In this document: positions 34,971 through 48,997 of the stretch, piece by piece
Numbering within the stretch: the stretch's first letter is position 1
Layout: each line of letters opens with the position of its first letter
From: Octopus sinensis
Lineage: Eukaryota
Assembly: GCF_006345805.1 (NCBI RefSeq)
Contig: NC_043015.1
Coordinates: 45,818,001 to 45,882,000, forward strand
DNA length: 64,000 nt
Direction: 5' to 3'
The notes under the pieces: model-generated
What the model was told of the DNA's origin: nothing
Databases searched by the model: none
What the model saw: the letters and a program-made list of their open reading frames with translations, nothing else
Translations under genes and position numbers: made by a program

Positions 34971-35590
34971 AGAGTTCTTTCATGTTGGTAAACTGATGAT
35001 AGTCAGATGGCAAGAAACCAGGAGAATAGGGAAAGTAGTCAACCAATCCAAACCCACCGTCAAGCACAACAGATATCGCATTCTAAAGACTTGTTTGCTG
35101 GAGCTTTTTCCTGGTAAAATAATAATGCTTTCGTCAGTTTTCCTGAACGTTTGGTCTTGGCGTCCTTTTGTAAATCCCTCAGCAAGTTGGCACAGTTCTC
35201 TCTATTGATGGCGTGACCTTTTTGAAGACAGTCAATATACACAATGTCTTTTGCATCCCCAAAAGTATGAGGCCATCATCCTTTTCCTGTAGATGCCCTT
35301 CAATGGAAGAGATGAGAAGGGATGTTTCCCACTGCATAGATTGTCTGTCTCTGGCTCAAAATGGTGAATCGAACGCTCATCCTGGTTTAGAAAACGTTCA
35401 AGGAAACCAGCTGGATCTGTCTCAAGCAAAATCTGATCTTCCTGTGATGCGATCAGCCTGGTGTGCTTTTGATCAGGCAACAGATGACGTGGCACCCACC
35501 AAGCAGAAGCCTTTGTTATGCCAAATTCATTGTGCAGAATATTCTCAACTCTCTCTCACGGAATATTCTAATAACATTGAGTATTTGACT
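34971..35590 (-). mobile_element. Decayed mariner (DD34D-type) transposase
   Basis: Fragments ILHNEFGITKASAWWVPR, FLERFLNQDERSIHHFEPET, MMASYFW, IDCLQKGHAIN..KRSGKLTKALLFYQEKAPANKS and FPYSPGFLPSDY (degenerate WVPR and YSPDLAP motifs). Confidence 0.85.
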
Positions 35591-36324
35591 TATGTGGAGG
35601 CGCGTGGCTTAGTGGTTAGGGTGTCCGCATCATGATCGTAAGATTGTGGTTTCGAATCCTGGATGCGTGTGTATGCGTGTGTATCTTCATGTGTGTATGT
35701 GTTCGTGCATACACATACATAAATATATATATATATATATATGTATATGATTGCCAGTATACGCGTGCAAGCATACACACATAAATGCGCACGCACACGC
35801 ACATATACACACACACACACACAATCACACACATACAAACAAACAAACACTTAAACACACTAGACAAATGACCCAGATCCTTAAAACAAAGCGCGAATAA
35901 TGCAGCGTCGAGGCCCCGGCAGCTGTAGAGAAGGAACAGCTGTGAGGGAGCAGAGATCTGATTTAGTATATGTGTATGTGCAAAATTCAGGTTTAAACTC
36001 TTTGCACAGCGTAATCTTTACCAAGGTTCTAATACTTCATGCTGTACTTCAATCTGAGTCATTTCATTTTGCCAAAAAAAATCTAATAAAAATATTAATA
36101 ACACAAAGAAAAAAATTAAAAACAGTGTACAGGGAGGACACAAAATTCCAGCTCGCAGAGAAAGAGACAGCGAGATTCGATATCAATCTGAGAAACTATT
36201 ATCTCTCTCTCTGTAAAATTTTTAACTCGTTGTGGAAAGGAATGTGAAGTGAACATACATGCATAGTCTTATAGATACACGCATGAATGCGTACGTGCGC
36301 ACATACATAAATACTTACTTTTAT

Positions 36325-36581
36325 ATTCGCCCTATTCAAGCCTAGCCAGGCTCCTGGGCCCGGTTTCCCGGTTTCTGTGGCGTATGTGTTCCCCCCCAAC
36401 TGGACGGGACGCCAGTCCATCGCAGCGTTACTCATTTTTGCCAGCTGAGTGGACTGGAACAACGTGAAATGAAGTGTTTTGCACAAGAACACAACGCATC
36501 GCCCGGTCGGTCCAGGTATCGAAACCACAATCTTACGATCATGATGCTGACACCCTAACCACTAAGCCACGCGCCTCCACG
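36325..36581 (-). mobile_element. tRNA-derived SINE family C
   Basis: Reverse complement of gtggaggcgcgtggcttagtggttagggtgtcagc...gtggtttcgatacctgga; a head-only copy is also at 35594-35665. Confidence 0.8.
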
Positions 36582-36874
36582 TACATACATACATACATAC
36601 ATACATACATACATACATACATACATAAATTCCTGCATGGACACGTGCGTTCATACATACATACATACATGTACAAACATACATTCTTGCATGAATGCAG
36701 GCGTGCATATTAAATATTTACATGCGTGCATACACTTACGTGCATAAACATACATGCCTACATGGATGTGTGCGTGCAATGCATACATACATCCATGCTT
36801 GCATGTTCACGTGCGTGCATACATGCCTACATAGATGGATGCGTGCATGCATACGTACGTATATACATACATAT

Positions 36875-37561
36875 CAGGGACGTGCCGCCTAGATAGGCAA
36901 GGTAGGCAGTACTTACCTTGAATAAAATAGATTGATTAGCAACATTTTCCTCTCGTGGCAAAATATGCACTTAATTCAATACAATTATGAAGGTTAGTCT
37001 GATTATTATGCATAAAATGCAAAATGTTCTATTTTTTTGTAGATTAGGTAGGCATAATTCGCTCCTGCTTTTCAGTCTCGTGGAGGCGCGTGGCCTAGTG
37101 GTTAGAGTGTCAGCACCATGATCGTAAGATTGTGGTTTCGATACCTGGACCGACCAGGCGACGCGTTGTGTTCTTAAGCAAAACACTTCATTTCACGTTG
37201 CTCCAGTCCACTCAGCTGGCAAAAATGAGTAACGCTGCGATGGACTGTCGTCCCGTCCAGCTGGGGAACACATACGCCATAGAAACCGGGAAACCGGGCC
37301 CATGAGCCTGGCTACGCGTTAAAAGGGCGCATTTATTATCTATTATTTTTCAGTCTCAGCATCTAAGCTACGCATAGTACTGCTGTGGTATACGTGCTGC
37401 GTACGTTTCTACAGTATCTGTTTTCTTTACGTGCTATAAAGGCAGAAACATATCCGCCTTCAACTCAGTTGTGCGCCAGTGTTTCGCTTATTTTCTGTGT
37501 GTTTTACTACATAAAGGTCGCCAACTGCCTACCCTGAGTAATTACTGGCGGTACGTACCTG
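36875..37561. mobile_element. hAT MITE carrying a family C SINE (37080-37346)
   Basis: TIRs cagggacgtgccgcc / ggcggtacgtacctg; flanks atacatat / acacatat; the SINE has an 11-bp TSD ttttcagtctc. Confidence 0.75.
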
Positions 37562-37987
37562 ACACATATATACTTAATTTCATACATATGTAAATACGAA
37601 CATACGTACATACACACCTACCTACATACATACATGCAAACATGCATGCGTATATATAGATACATACATACACACATACAGACAGACAAACAGACAGACA
37701 AACAGACAGACAGATGTAAGTACGTACGTACACATATGTTTCTTTATTACCCACAGGGGGCTAAACATAAAGGGGAGAAACAAGGACAGACAAATGGATT
37801 AAGTCGATAAGGGAATCAGCAAACTGAAACGCTGGACGACCATCAAACAAAAGCAAGTGACCAAGACATTCGGAAATATATGGCGATCATAGAAAATCAA
37901 CCAGCCAGAGTACAGGACCAATTGGACACAACAGGTGTGTGTTTGTGTGTATGCGCGCGCGCGTACGTATCTGTGTTGTGAGAGAGA

Positions 37988-38039
<52 letters not shown>

Positions 38040-38095
38040 ATACAAGTAGATGTGTATCCGTATAGTTAGACAGATAGGTAAGTGTGTATGTGTAT

Positions 38096-38126
<31 letters not shown>

Positions 38127-38162
38127 GGTGTGTGTATGTATGTACATATATATATATATATA

Positions 38163-38203
<41 letters not shown>

Positions 38204-38216
38204 CATATATATTATA

Positions 38217-38308
<92 letters not shown>

Positions 38309-38321
38309 TATATATAGATAC

Positions 38322-38366
<45 letters not shown>

Positions 38367-38416
38367 CATATACATACGACTACACATAAAAAATCTTGCA
38401 CAACAAATATTTAAAC

Positions 38417-38459
<43 letters not shown>

Positions 38460-39171
38460 TATATATATATATATGCATGTATGTGTATCTATTTATGTAT
38501 CTGTGTGCCTCTGTGTGTGTGTGTGTACTTACCGGTATATATATATGTATATATATACGTGTATTTATGCCTGTACTTGTGTAACCATTAATTACTCCTT
38601 TCTCGCAGGCGATAGCTGATTTCTCTAAATCAGTAATCATTTTTATATTGTTATCTTTTTCCTGTTTTCTTCTGCCAGACATTTACAAATCTATTTCTTT
38701 CGACTTCTTGGAAACCTTACACATAGCTGCATGGTAACAAGCTCTCTTTGCAACCATTTGGTTTTGCGTTCAGTTCCATAGCGCGACACCTTGGACAATT
38801 TTTTTCTACTACAGTTCGGACCGACCATTGCCTTGTGAATAAATTTGGTAGATGGACTGTGTGTGTGTGAATAAATTTGCCTTGTGAATAAATTTGGTAG
38901 ATGGACTGTGTGTGTGTGAAGGCGCATGGCCTAGTGGTTAAACTATTGCACTCACGATCGCTAGATCGCAGGTTCGATTCCCAGATAGGGCATCAGGTTG
39001 TGTTTTTGAGAACATTTCATTTCATGTTGCTCCAGTCCCCTTTCGATCAAGGAGGAGTGTTGGCTTGCTCGCCTAGCCAGCACGGTGGCGTCATTTGATA
39101 TCTAAAACAATACAAAGCGCATTGTGACCAGCGATGTGTAACAGCATCTGATTGCTTGGTCGGTCACGTGA

Positions 39172-39211
<40 letters not shown>

Positions 39212-39470
39212 TATAATTATAACAATATGGGTTTTTTGCAACTAGTTGCTTGACCACATACCGAAAATTTTAGAAATAGCAGCCCAAAGACTACTATTTC
39301 CTTTTTTTACAAAATTATGTCCCCACAGACAACAATTTTGTAACTCACACATGGCAACATGGCAAAAAAGAAGAAAAATAATGAAATCAAACAGTATATA
39401 TATATGTATGCATGTGTATGTATGTACGTATGTATGTATGTATGTATATCTAATATATATATAATATATT

Positions 39471-39550
<80 letters not shown>

Positions 39551-39912
39551 ATCGGGTATTTACCCGGTTTTCTAAGCTGTCTTCACAGCCATACTGCTTT
39601 CTAGAATCTTTCTTTTGAATAACGACTCACTTGAAGCTTCTAACTTTGTTTACGAAATGATCTCACATTCCAAAAGCTATTATTTAGCATTATAAAGAGA
39701 AAGGATTCGCTGACAAGGATCTCGTAACCTAATAGTATAGAACCCACAGCTGAAGCCTGGGAGATACATGTTTCGATTCTACGTTGAGACTTACTGAACT
39801 TTTTTTTTTCCTTTTTTCTGTATTCTAAAGGGCATTTACACGATTTTCTAAGCTGTCTTCACAGCCGTCCTACGTCCGAGAATTTCTATAGTTGTATATC
39901 CCCGTAACTTTG

Positions 39913-40250
39913 TGAAGGCGCATGGCTCAGCGGTTACAATGTCGGGCTCACAATCATGAGGTAGTGAGTTCGATTCTTGGACCGGGCTGTGTGTTGTTTT
40001 CTTGAGCAAGACACTTTATTTCACGTTGCTCCAGTTCACTCAGTTGTAGAAATGAGTTGCGACGTCACTGGTGCCAAGCTGTATCGGCCCCTTTACCTTT
40101 TCCTTGGATAACATCAGTGGTGTGGAGAGGGGAGAGGCTGGTATGCACGAGGGACTGCTGATCTTCTATAAACAACCTTGCCCGGATTTGTGCCTCGAAG
40201 CGGGACATTCTAGGTGCAATCCCATAGTCATTCATGACAGAAAGGGAGTC
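39913..40250 (+). mobile_element. SINE family C variant
   Basis: gtgaaggcgcatggctcagcggtt...gagttcgattc head and cttgagcaagacactttatttcacgttgctccag core; related copies at ~38918-39170 and 52336-52635. Confidence 0.7.
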
Positions 40251-40364
40251 CTCTTTTCCTCTGCGGTTCAGCAAACAAACTCGATAGAATAAACATTGGA
40301 CTTCCAAAAATAAAATATTATTAATACTGAGGTTGATTTATTTAACTAAAACCTTTTTTTTTCC

Positions 40365-40586
40365 TACCCACAAGGGGCTAAACACAGAGAGAACAAACAA
40401 GGACAGATAAACGGATTAAGTCGATTATATCGACCCCAGTGCGTAACTGGTACTTAATTTATCGACCCCGAAAGGATGAAAGGCAAAGTCGACCTCGGCG
40501 GAATTTGAACTCAGAACGTAACGGCAGACGAAATACGGCTACGCATTTCGCCCGGCGTGCTAACGTTTCTGCCAGCTCGCCGCCTT
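40365..40586 (-). mobile_element. SINE family B monomer
   Basis: Single unit with head; ttaactaaaacc on both flanks. Confidence 0.85.
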
Positions 40587-40786
40587 TTAACTAAAACCGT
40601 TCAAGGCTGTGCTCCCTGCATGACCACAGTCCGACGATTGAAACAAGTGAAAAATAACAGATGCAGATAATAGTTAATCAAATACACTCATTAAAACCAC
40701 TACACCAGACAACAAACTCGTTGGCTGCATTCATTTTCCAAACACGTCTTCTTGTACGTTCTCTCTCTCTCCCACCTCATCTCTCT

Positions 40787-40828
<42 letters not shown>

Positions 40829-41162
40829 CCCCCTCTCTCTCTCTCTCTCTCTCTCTCGCTATCATAGCATCTGTAATTATTTTGTACTTATATGAGATAG
40901 AGAAGTCGTAGAAAATCTAATTACGACTTTGTTATAATCAATCAAACCTGATATGATAACTATCTCATTGCAGTGTAAAACAATTGCTCCTTGTTTTAAT
41001 ATCTTAAATGTCTTTAACCTCTTAACACAATGTTACATATAACGAAAATTTTATTTATTTATTTATTGGTTTATTTAGTTATTTATTTATTGGTATTGGT
41101 GGGGTTCACCGTTTAGTTTCTCTTGCAGCTCTGCTATCCGAGCTGTTGTATTTTTAAATATC

Positions 41163-41597
41163 GGATCTTTTCGACTTGAACGGCAGTTTTTTTCTAGCGG
41201 TGTCATATGAAATTGTTACCCATAATTATGACCCTAGTATCGATCTATTGCATTGCAATCTGTTTTAGGGTTAGGGTTAGTTAGGGTTAGGGTTAGGGGT
41301 GGGGGAAGGATATCTTTTTTTCTTCAGAAATGTAAATAAACCCAATCTGTTTCTTAAACGAGGAACATATTCATACGGCACAGAATGTTTTCACCTCAAT
41401 AGACGTCATTGATTGGTTGAAATTGCAGAAATTGAAGAAAAAAAACAACAAATATCTTACAAACTATAGAATTTTCTCAATAAAGCCAAGAGAAAAAAGA
41501 TGTTTTATAAACACATTCTACCAGTATACGAAGTTTAAAAGTGTTTAGTTACGTGGAAATTATTTTAAAAAAACTGCCGTTCAAACCGAAAAGATCC
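41163..41597 (+). mobile_element. Merlin-like MITE
   Basis: TIR ggatcttttcg..tgaacggcagttttt; flanks taaatatc / caaatatc; internal (TTAGGG)n. Confidence 0.85.
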
Positions 41598-41926
41598 CAA
41601 ATATCTATTTAATGTATTATTTTAGCCATTCTGCTTTTCCTAAACGTTACTGAGTAACTTCCTACTAGAGACATATTTTCATATTACTCGATGCATCTAA
41701 ATGGTGATCTTAATCTAAACAGGCTTACTTATTCGCTTTTGAAAAATAAAACTTCAAATTTAGGTGGAGAACCTCTTTGGTGTAATGTTATTACGACGTT
41801 GCTGGGTTTGATAGCTCTCTGGTTTAACTCCGGAGGGTGATTACCCACCCCTTTTTTTCCCGTACAAGGGATTTTGTTTTTCTTTTCGGCGCAATAGATT
41901 GTAAGCTAATGTTCATAGCTGCAAAA

Positions 41927-42482
41927 AGGTGGCGAGTTGGCAGAATCGTTAGCACGCCGGGCGAAATGCGTAGCCATATTTCGTCTACCGTTACGTTCTG
42001 AGTTCAAATTCCGCCGAGGTCGACTTTGCCTTTCATCCTTTCGGAGTCGATTAAATAAGTACCAGTTACGCACTGGGGTCGATATAATCGACTTAATCCG
42101 TCTGTCTGTCTTTGTTTATCTCCTCTGTGTTTAGCCCCTTGTGGGTAGTAAAGAAATAGGTATTTCGTCTGCTGCTACGTTCTGAGTTCAAATTCCGTCG
42201 AGATCGACTTTGCCTTTCAGTCTTTAGGGGTCGATAGATTAAGTACCAGTTACGCACTGGGGTCGATGTAATCGATTTAATCCCTTTGTCTGTCCTTGTT
42301 TGTCCCCACTGTGTTTAGCCCCTTTGTGGGCAGTAAAGAAACAAGAACAGTTAACACGCTTAACTATACTTCGCCCATCTTTACGTTCTGAGTTCAAATT
42401 CCACCGAGGTTGACTTTGCCTTTTCATCCTTTCGGGGTCGATAAAATAAATACCAGTTGATCAGTCGGTTCGATGCAATCGA
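41927..42482 (+). mobile_element. SINE family B trimer
   Basis: Junctions near 42159 (ggtatttc type) and 42344 (A-box type). Confidence 0.8.
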
Positions 42483-42995
42483 CTTACTCTCCCAACCCCC
42501 ACCCCACCCCACCTCACCCCGTGCAATTACTGACCTCGAGCCAAAATTTGACACGAATGTGAAACTGCTTCTCTTTACAACTCATCGCTTCTCATTTCTC
42601 GCTGACAAATTCTAATTTCTCAAACTTAACCATCTTCATTTTCGTTTTTCTTTTCAATTTGTCTATCACACTCTTAGTATGTATTTGTTTCACTTTCTCA
42701 GAAGCCTTATATATAATACATTATCTATAGCCTCGTTAAAATTTCACCATCACACTCAGGGCTTAGTCTCTAATCAATTATTCTTATTTGTTATAGTTCT
42801 CTCTAATGAAATCAATTTATTTCGGTTTCTTAGAAACCTTACACATATATAATATGTACTCCAAGCTATCTACAAACATTACTTTATACTAATTTACTGT
42901 AGTTTACTGTTAACTCTTCAAATTATTTCTTTGCTTCAATTCTAATTAGTGTTCAACTTTTCCTACCTCAAACTAAAAGCAAAAACAACAATATC

Positions 42996-43085
<90 letters not shown>

Positions 43086-43141
43086 AATAATAATGATGAT
43101 GATGATGATGATGATGACGATGATAATGATGATGATGATGA

Positions 43142-43175
<34 letters not shown>

Positions 43176-43254
43176 AACAACAACAACAACAACAACTACA
43201 ACAACAACAACAACAACACAACAATAATAATAATAATAATAATAATAATAATTG

Positions 43255-43817
43255 TTTCTACCGTAGGCACAAGGCCTGAAATTTGGGGGGAGAGGGCCAG
43301 TCGATTAGATTGACCTCAGTATGCAACTGGTACTTGATTTATCAACCCCGAAAAGATGAAAGGCAAAGTCGACCTCGGCGGAATTTGAAGCCAGCACGTA
43401 AAGGCGGGCAAAATACCTATTTCTTTACTGCCCACAAGGGGCTACACACAGAAGGGACGAACAAGGACAGACAAACGGATTAAGTCGATTATATTGAGCC
43501 CAGTGCGTAACTGGTACTTATTTAATCGACCCCGAAAGGATGAAAAGCAAAGTCGACCTCAGCGGAATTTGAACACAGAACGTAGCGGCAGACGAAGTAC
43601 CTATTTCTTTACTACCCACAAGGGGCTAAACATAGAGGGGACAAACAAGGACAGACAGACGGATTGAGTCGATTGTATCGACCTCAGTGCGTTTAATCGA
43701 CCCCGAAAGGATGAAAGGCAAAGTTGACCTCGGCGGAATTTGAACCCAGAACGTAACGGCAGACGAAATACGGTTATGCATTTCGCCCGGCGTGCTAACG
43801 TTTCTGCCAGCTCACCC
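43255..43817 (-). mobile_element. SINE family B trimer with mixed tail types
   Basis: Junctions near 43418 and 43601; the 3'-most unit carries the alternative ggcacaaggcctgaaatttgggg tail. Confidence 0.8.
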
Positions 43818-44420
43818 TCCCCATCTGCCATATATAAGCATGCCAAGACACCTCTCTCTCTGTAAATCAATTCCTCTCAGTGACTATAACCAGTCACCCT
43901 TATGGCCGTTACGCATAAATGCTTCTTTAGAACAAGACCCTCTTTACGATGTAGCCATGACGATGCTTATTATTTATATACGCTTGGCTTCCGTTATACA
44001 ATCAAATTTGCCTTTGTAAAGATACGAGTATGCATTGAAACAATAGTCCGTCAGGCGTTACTTAGTTAATAAAGAAATATGTATGTATGCATATATTCTG
44101 CGTGTTTGTATTTCTGTGTGTATGTATTATGTATGTATTATGTATGTGTTTTCTCTTCTGCTTTTAAATATTTGAAGTCTTACTGCTAGAAAGGCGATGG
44201 GTCTATCGGTGGAATATAGGGGGGAAAAATCAATGTCACATTTTGAAATAGAGAAATACCTCGCATATATTTACTATTCAGCTTACAGATTATATTTGTA
44301 ATATGCATGTCAGCCGGTTGGTTTCTTTCTCTGAAAGCCCAAGCTCATCAAGGTTGCCATTTAAGGTATTTACTCACAAAACCAAGTGCACCAATTATTA
44401 ATGGTATGAATGTGAACTTT

Positions 44421-44995
44421 AAGGCGGCGAGCTGGCAGAGACGTTAGCACGCCGGGCGAAATGCGTAGCCGTATTTCGTCTGCCGTTACGTTCGGAGTTC
44501 AAATTCCGCCGAGGTCGACTTTGTCTTTCATCCTTTCGGGGTCGATAAATTAAGTACCAGTTATGCACTGGGGTCGATGTAATCTACTTAATCCATTTGT
44601 CTGTCCTTGTTTGTCCCCTCTGTGTTTAGCCCCTTGTGGGTAGTAAAGAAATAGGTATTTCGTCTGCCGCTACGTTCTGAGTTCAAATTCCGCCGAGGTC
44701 GACTTTGCCTTTCACCCTTTCGGGGTCGATAAATTAAGTACCAGTTATGCACTGGGGTCGATGTAATCGACTTAATCCCTTTGTCTGTCCTTGTTTGTCC
44801 TATCTGTGTTTAGCCCCTTGTGGGTAGTAAAGAAATAGGTATTTCGTCTGTCGCTACGTTCTGAGTTCAAATTCCGCCGAGGTCGACTTTACCTTTCATC
44901 CTTTCGGGGTCGATAAACTAAGTACCAGATACGCACTGGGGGGGTCGATGTAATCGACTTAATCCGTGTATCTGTCCTTGTTTGTCCCCTTCATC
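44421..44995 (+). mobile_element. SINE family B trimer
   Basis: Junctions gaaata|ggtatttc near 44654 and 44837. Confidence 0.88.
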
Positions 44996-45101
44996 TTTCA
45001 TCCTTTTGGTTCGACAAATGAAGTACCAGCTCATTACTGAAATCGATTATTTTCCTCTCCCGCCACTCTCTTTCTCTCTCTCTTTTACTATTTATCTATT
45101 G

Positions 45102-45137
<36 letters not shown>

Positions 45138-45289
45138 CTGACTTTCTCTGAAAGAAAGAAAGGTAGATAGATAGATAGACTGACAAAGAAAAAGAAAGAA
45201 AGAAAAATGAAAGAAAAAATTTTTAAAATCATATTGATAGAACGAAAGAAAGAAAGAATGAAAGAAAGAAAGGTAGCTAGCAAGCTAGG

Positions 45290-45371
<82 letters not shown>

Positions 45372-45829
45372 TGTTTCTTTATTAGCACACAGACAGAACA
45401 AATTACAAGGTAGAGCTTTCTTTGGGGGTAAAAAAAGGGGGGGGGGTTTCGATCAAAAGGGATCGTAAAAGGAAAGAAAGAGGACAAAAAAAGGGGTGGA
45501 TTTAAAAAAAGAGGGGGAGAAGATAGATAGATAGATAACAGACTAATACTGATGGCGAGAGCGCACGTACCTCTAAGTAAACTCTAAATAGTCATTAAAC
45601 AGATTCACACATACATACACATACACTTGATGCAAATACACACATAGACTGCAATACACACACACACACACACATACACACACACACACACACAACACAC
45701 ACACACACACGCATGCACAGACTTTCTTACATTCAAGCACGTACTCGAAATACTGTAAAAGCATAGACATACATCCACTAGGCAATAATGTACGTATAAC
45801 ACTCATAAACATAGTGACGTGCGCATACC

Positions 45830-46257
45830 ACACACACACACATGCACATACACACGCAATCACACACACACACGTACACTCACACACACATACACATACA
45901 CACGCAATTACACACACACACACACGTACACTCACACACACAACACACACATACACACGCAATTACACACACGTACACTTCCACACACACACACACAACA
46001 TACACATACACATACACACGCAATTACACCCACACGTGCACACACACACCCGTACACTCACACATACACATACACACGCAATCACACACACACACGTTCA
46101 CTCACACACACACGTACACTCACACCCACACACACAACACACACACACAACACACACATACACATACACACGCAATCACACACACACGTGCGCACGCACA
46201 CACCTGCACACACACGTACACTCACACACACTCACAACACTCACACAACACACGCAA

Positions 46258-46293
<36 letters not shown>
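45830..46293. repeat. (CA)n-derived degenerate minisatellite
   Basis: Seen directly. Confidence 0.9.
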
Positions 46294-46296
<3 letters not shown>

Positions 46297-46773
46297 ACAC
46301 AAATTCTATTTTCAACCTAATTTTAACGAAGATTCGGGAAGTTTTTAATTAATCAATAAAAATTAAATTTAGAATAATTTCCTATTTCTTCTTCTAGATT
46401 CCCAAAATATATAACGACTTCTTTAAGATTGATGCATATACTGGTAGTGATGCAACGTTGTGAAGGTCATGCCTTTACCCTTGCCAAATATCCCCGCCCT
46501 CTAACACCGTCAGCGCCGCTTCCGCTTGAAACGAAAATTAACTTAAATAATTATTCCTGGTTTTGGCACAAGGCCAGCAATTTTGAAAGGAGGGGGAAGT
46601 CGATTACATTGATCCCAGTACTTCTACTATAGCCCCAGGCATTGGTCAAGCCGAGACTGCAATAGAAGAAAATTGTCCAAAGTGCCACGCAGTGGGATTG
46701 AACCCGGAACCAAGTGGTCTGGAAGCATGCTTCGTGCCACACAGTCACGCCTTCGCCTTTATTATCAAAGATT

Positions 46774-47192
46774 TAGGCGGCGAGCGGGCAGACACGTTAG
46801 CGCGCCGGGCGAAATGCGTAGCCGTATTTCGTCTGCCGTTACGTTCTGAGTTCAAATTCCGCCGAGGTCGACTTTGCCTTTCATCCTTTCGGGGTCGATA
46901 AATTAAGTACCAGTTACGCCCTGGGGTCGATGTAATCGACTTAATACCTATGTCTGTCCTTGTTTGTCCCCTCTATGTTTAGCCCCTTGTGGGTAATAAA
47001 GAAATAGGTATTTCGTCTGTCGTTACGTTCTGAGTTCAAATTCCGCCGAGGTCAACTTCGCCTTTCATCCTTTCGGGGTCGATAAATAAAGTACCAGTTT
47101 CGCACTGGGGGCGATATAATCGACTCAATCCCTTCGTCTGTCCTTGTTTGTCCCCTCTATGTTTAGCCCCTTGTGGGCAATAAAGAAATATA
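46774..47192 (+). mobile_element. SINE family B dimer with a single 14-bp TSD
   Basis: tattatcaaagatt at 46760-46773 and 47193-47206; junction near 47006. Confidence 0.9.
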
Positions 47193-48586
47193 TATTATCA
47201 AAGATTGCTTTCATTATAATTAAATCATGGGAGTGAAGACTCGAACTCAGCGCCCACGGGAGACGTAGTACTCCTGTCCAGACGAGAAACAGTGACCTAG
47301 AGGTTTAGTCGTCGGTTTATTACCATTTTGTCTTTTTTTTTCTGGTTGAAACCATCATATCAGGTATCAGATTTTGTTTCTGGTCTTTCCCCTTCCGTTG
47401 TTGCGGGACTTAAGTACATTATACGTTACCCTACTTAGTGTGGGTGTGGGTGGAGTCATATGGACACTCGTGGCATACAAAGAACCACAGTAGCGTAGCT
47501 GGTGGTGAGTAAGCAGTCCGATCCGAGCAACACTTTATGGGTGCGGCACTTTTGTACCTGCTCTATAAGCATGTATAGCGGGTGGATGGGGGAGGGGCTA
47601 CCTGGGTGACCCACATTCTAGCTATGCCACTGACGTGCCGTGGACATTGTTTTAAAACTTAGAGGAGCCCTTCTGTCTACACGTCTGACCACGAGTTCAA
47701 ATTCCACCGAGGTCGACTTTGCCTTTCATCCTTTCGGGGTCGATAAATAAAAGTACCAGTTTCGCACTGGGGTCGATGTAATCGACTTAATCCATTTGTC
47801 TGTCCTTGTTTGTCCTCTCTGTGTTTAGCCCCTTGTGAGCAGTAAAGAAATATATATCTTCCATGTGGGTAGAGAGAGAAACACAAACAGAAAGGAATGA
47901 GAAGAATCAGTGGGAGGTACAAGGGAAGGGGTTCTTTATTTATTGACTCTCAAAAAGGGTAGAAGACAAAGTTGATTGACTGCGGCGAGATTTGAACTCG
48001 AAACGCAGAGATCCAGAACGACTAATGGAGAGCCTTCTATCCGGCTCTCAGACGACTCATCCACATGGATACATTTAAGTTTATATTTCTGCCCCCACTC
48101 TCCGTAGCAGGGATCAGTCTACTTCAACATCAGCCCTCCTCAAAGCTGACGCCCAGAAGGATTTTAGCCTTGAATACAGTCACACACACACACACACACA
48201 ATACTCTCCCTCTCTCATACACACATACACACACGCATTCACACACATACAAACACATGAACATTCCATGAATTTCCTTCAGGCAGTCATTATTTTCATA
48301 TTTAAAAGAAATGTCTCTCTTCATAAAATGCTTACTTCGGAAGTCATAAGGTGTATCATGCAGACGGTTTCTGTAAAGAATGAAATAGTGCTATACAAGA
48401 TGATCACAAACTAGAAATCTTAAGAACTTCGTCATACGTAAACCAAAGTAAATAAATATATGAATTCTATGCATCTTTTTCCTCGTAATTCCTTAATTTC
48501 AAATTCAATTTCTAATCCTCCCAGATATTATAAAGAAATGATTATTTCCCTTGTAAGAGCTGCGACTAATAGGCGAATCAGATGTG

Positions 48587-48997
48587 GGATCTTTTCGGTT
48601 TGACCGGCAGTTTTTTAAAATAATTTCCTCGTAACTAAACACTTTTAAACTTCGTATACTGGTAGAATGTGTTTATAAAACATCTTTTTCTCTTGGCTTT
48701 ATTGGGGAAATTCTATAGTTTGTAAGATATTTGTTGTTGTTTTTCTTCAATTTCTGCAATTTCAACCAATCACTGACGTCTATTGAGCTAAAATACATTC
48801 TGTGCCATATGAATATGTCCCTCGTTTAAGAAACAGATTGGGTTTATTTACATTTGTGAAGGAAAAAAGATACCCTTCCCCCCACCCTAACGCTAAAACA
48901 GATTGAAATGCAATAGATCGATACTAGGGTCATAATTATGGGTGACAATTTCATATGACACCGCTAGAAAAAACTGCCGTTCAAACCGAAAAGATCT
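48587..48997 (-). mobile_element. Merlin-like MITE
   Basis: Exact 8-bp TSD cagatgtg. Confidence 0.88.

Noticed and set aside
35900-36247. 115-aa ATG ORF in unique sequence
   Set aside because: No motif, crosses poly-A runs and has no splice support; could not be told apart from chance.
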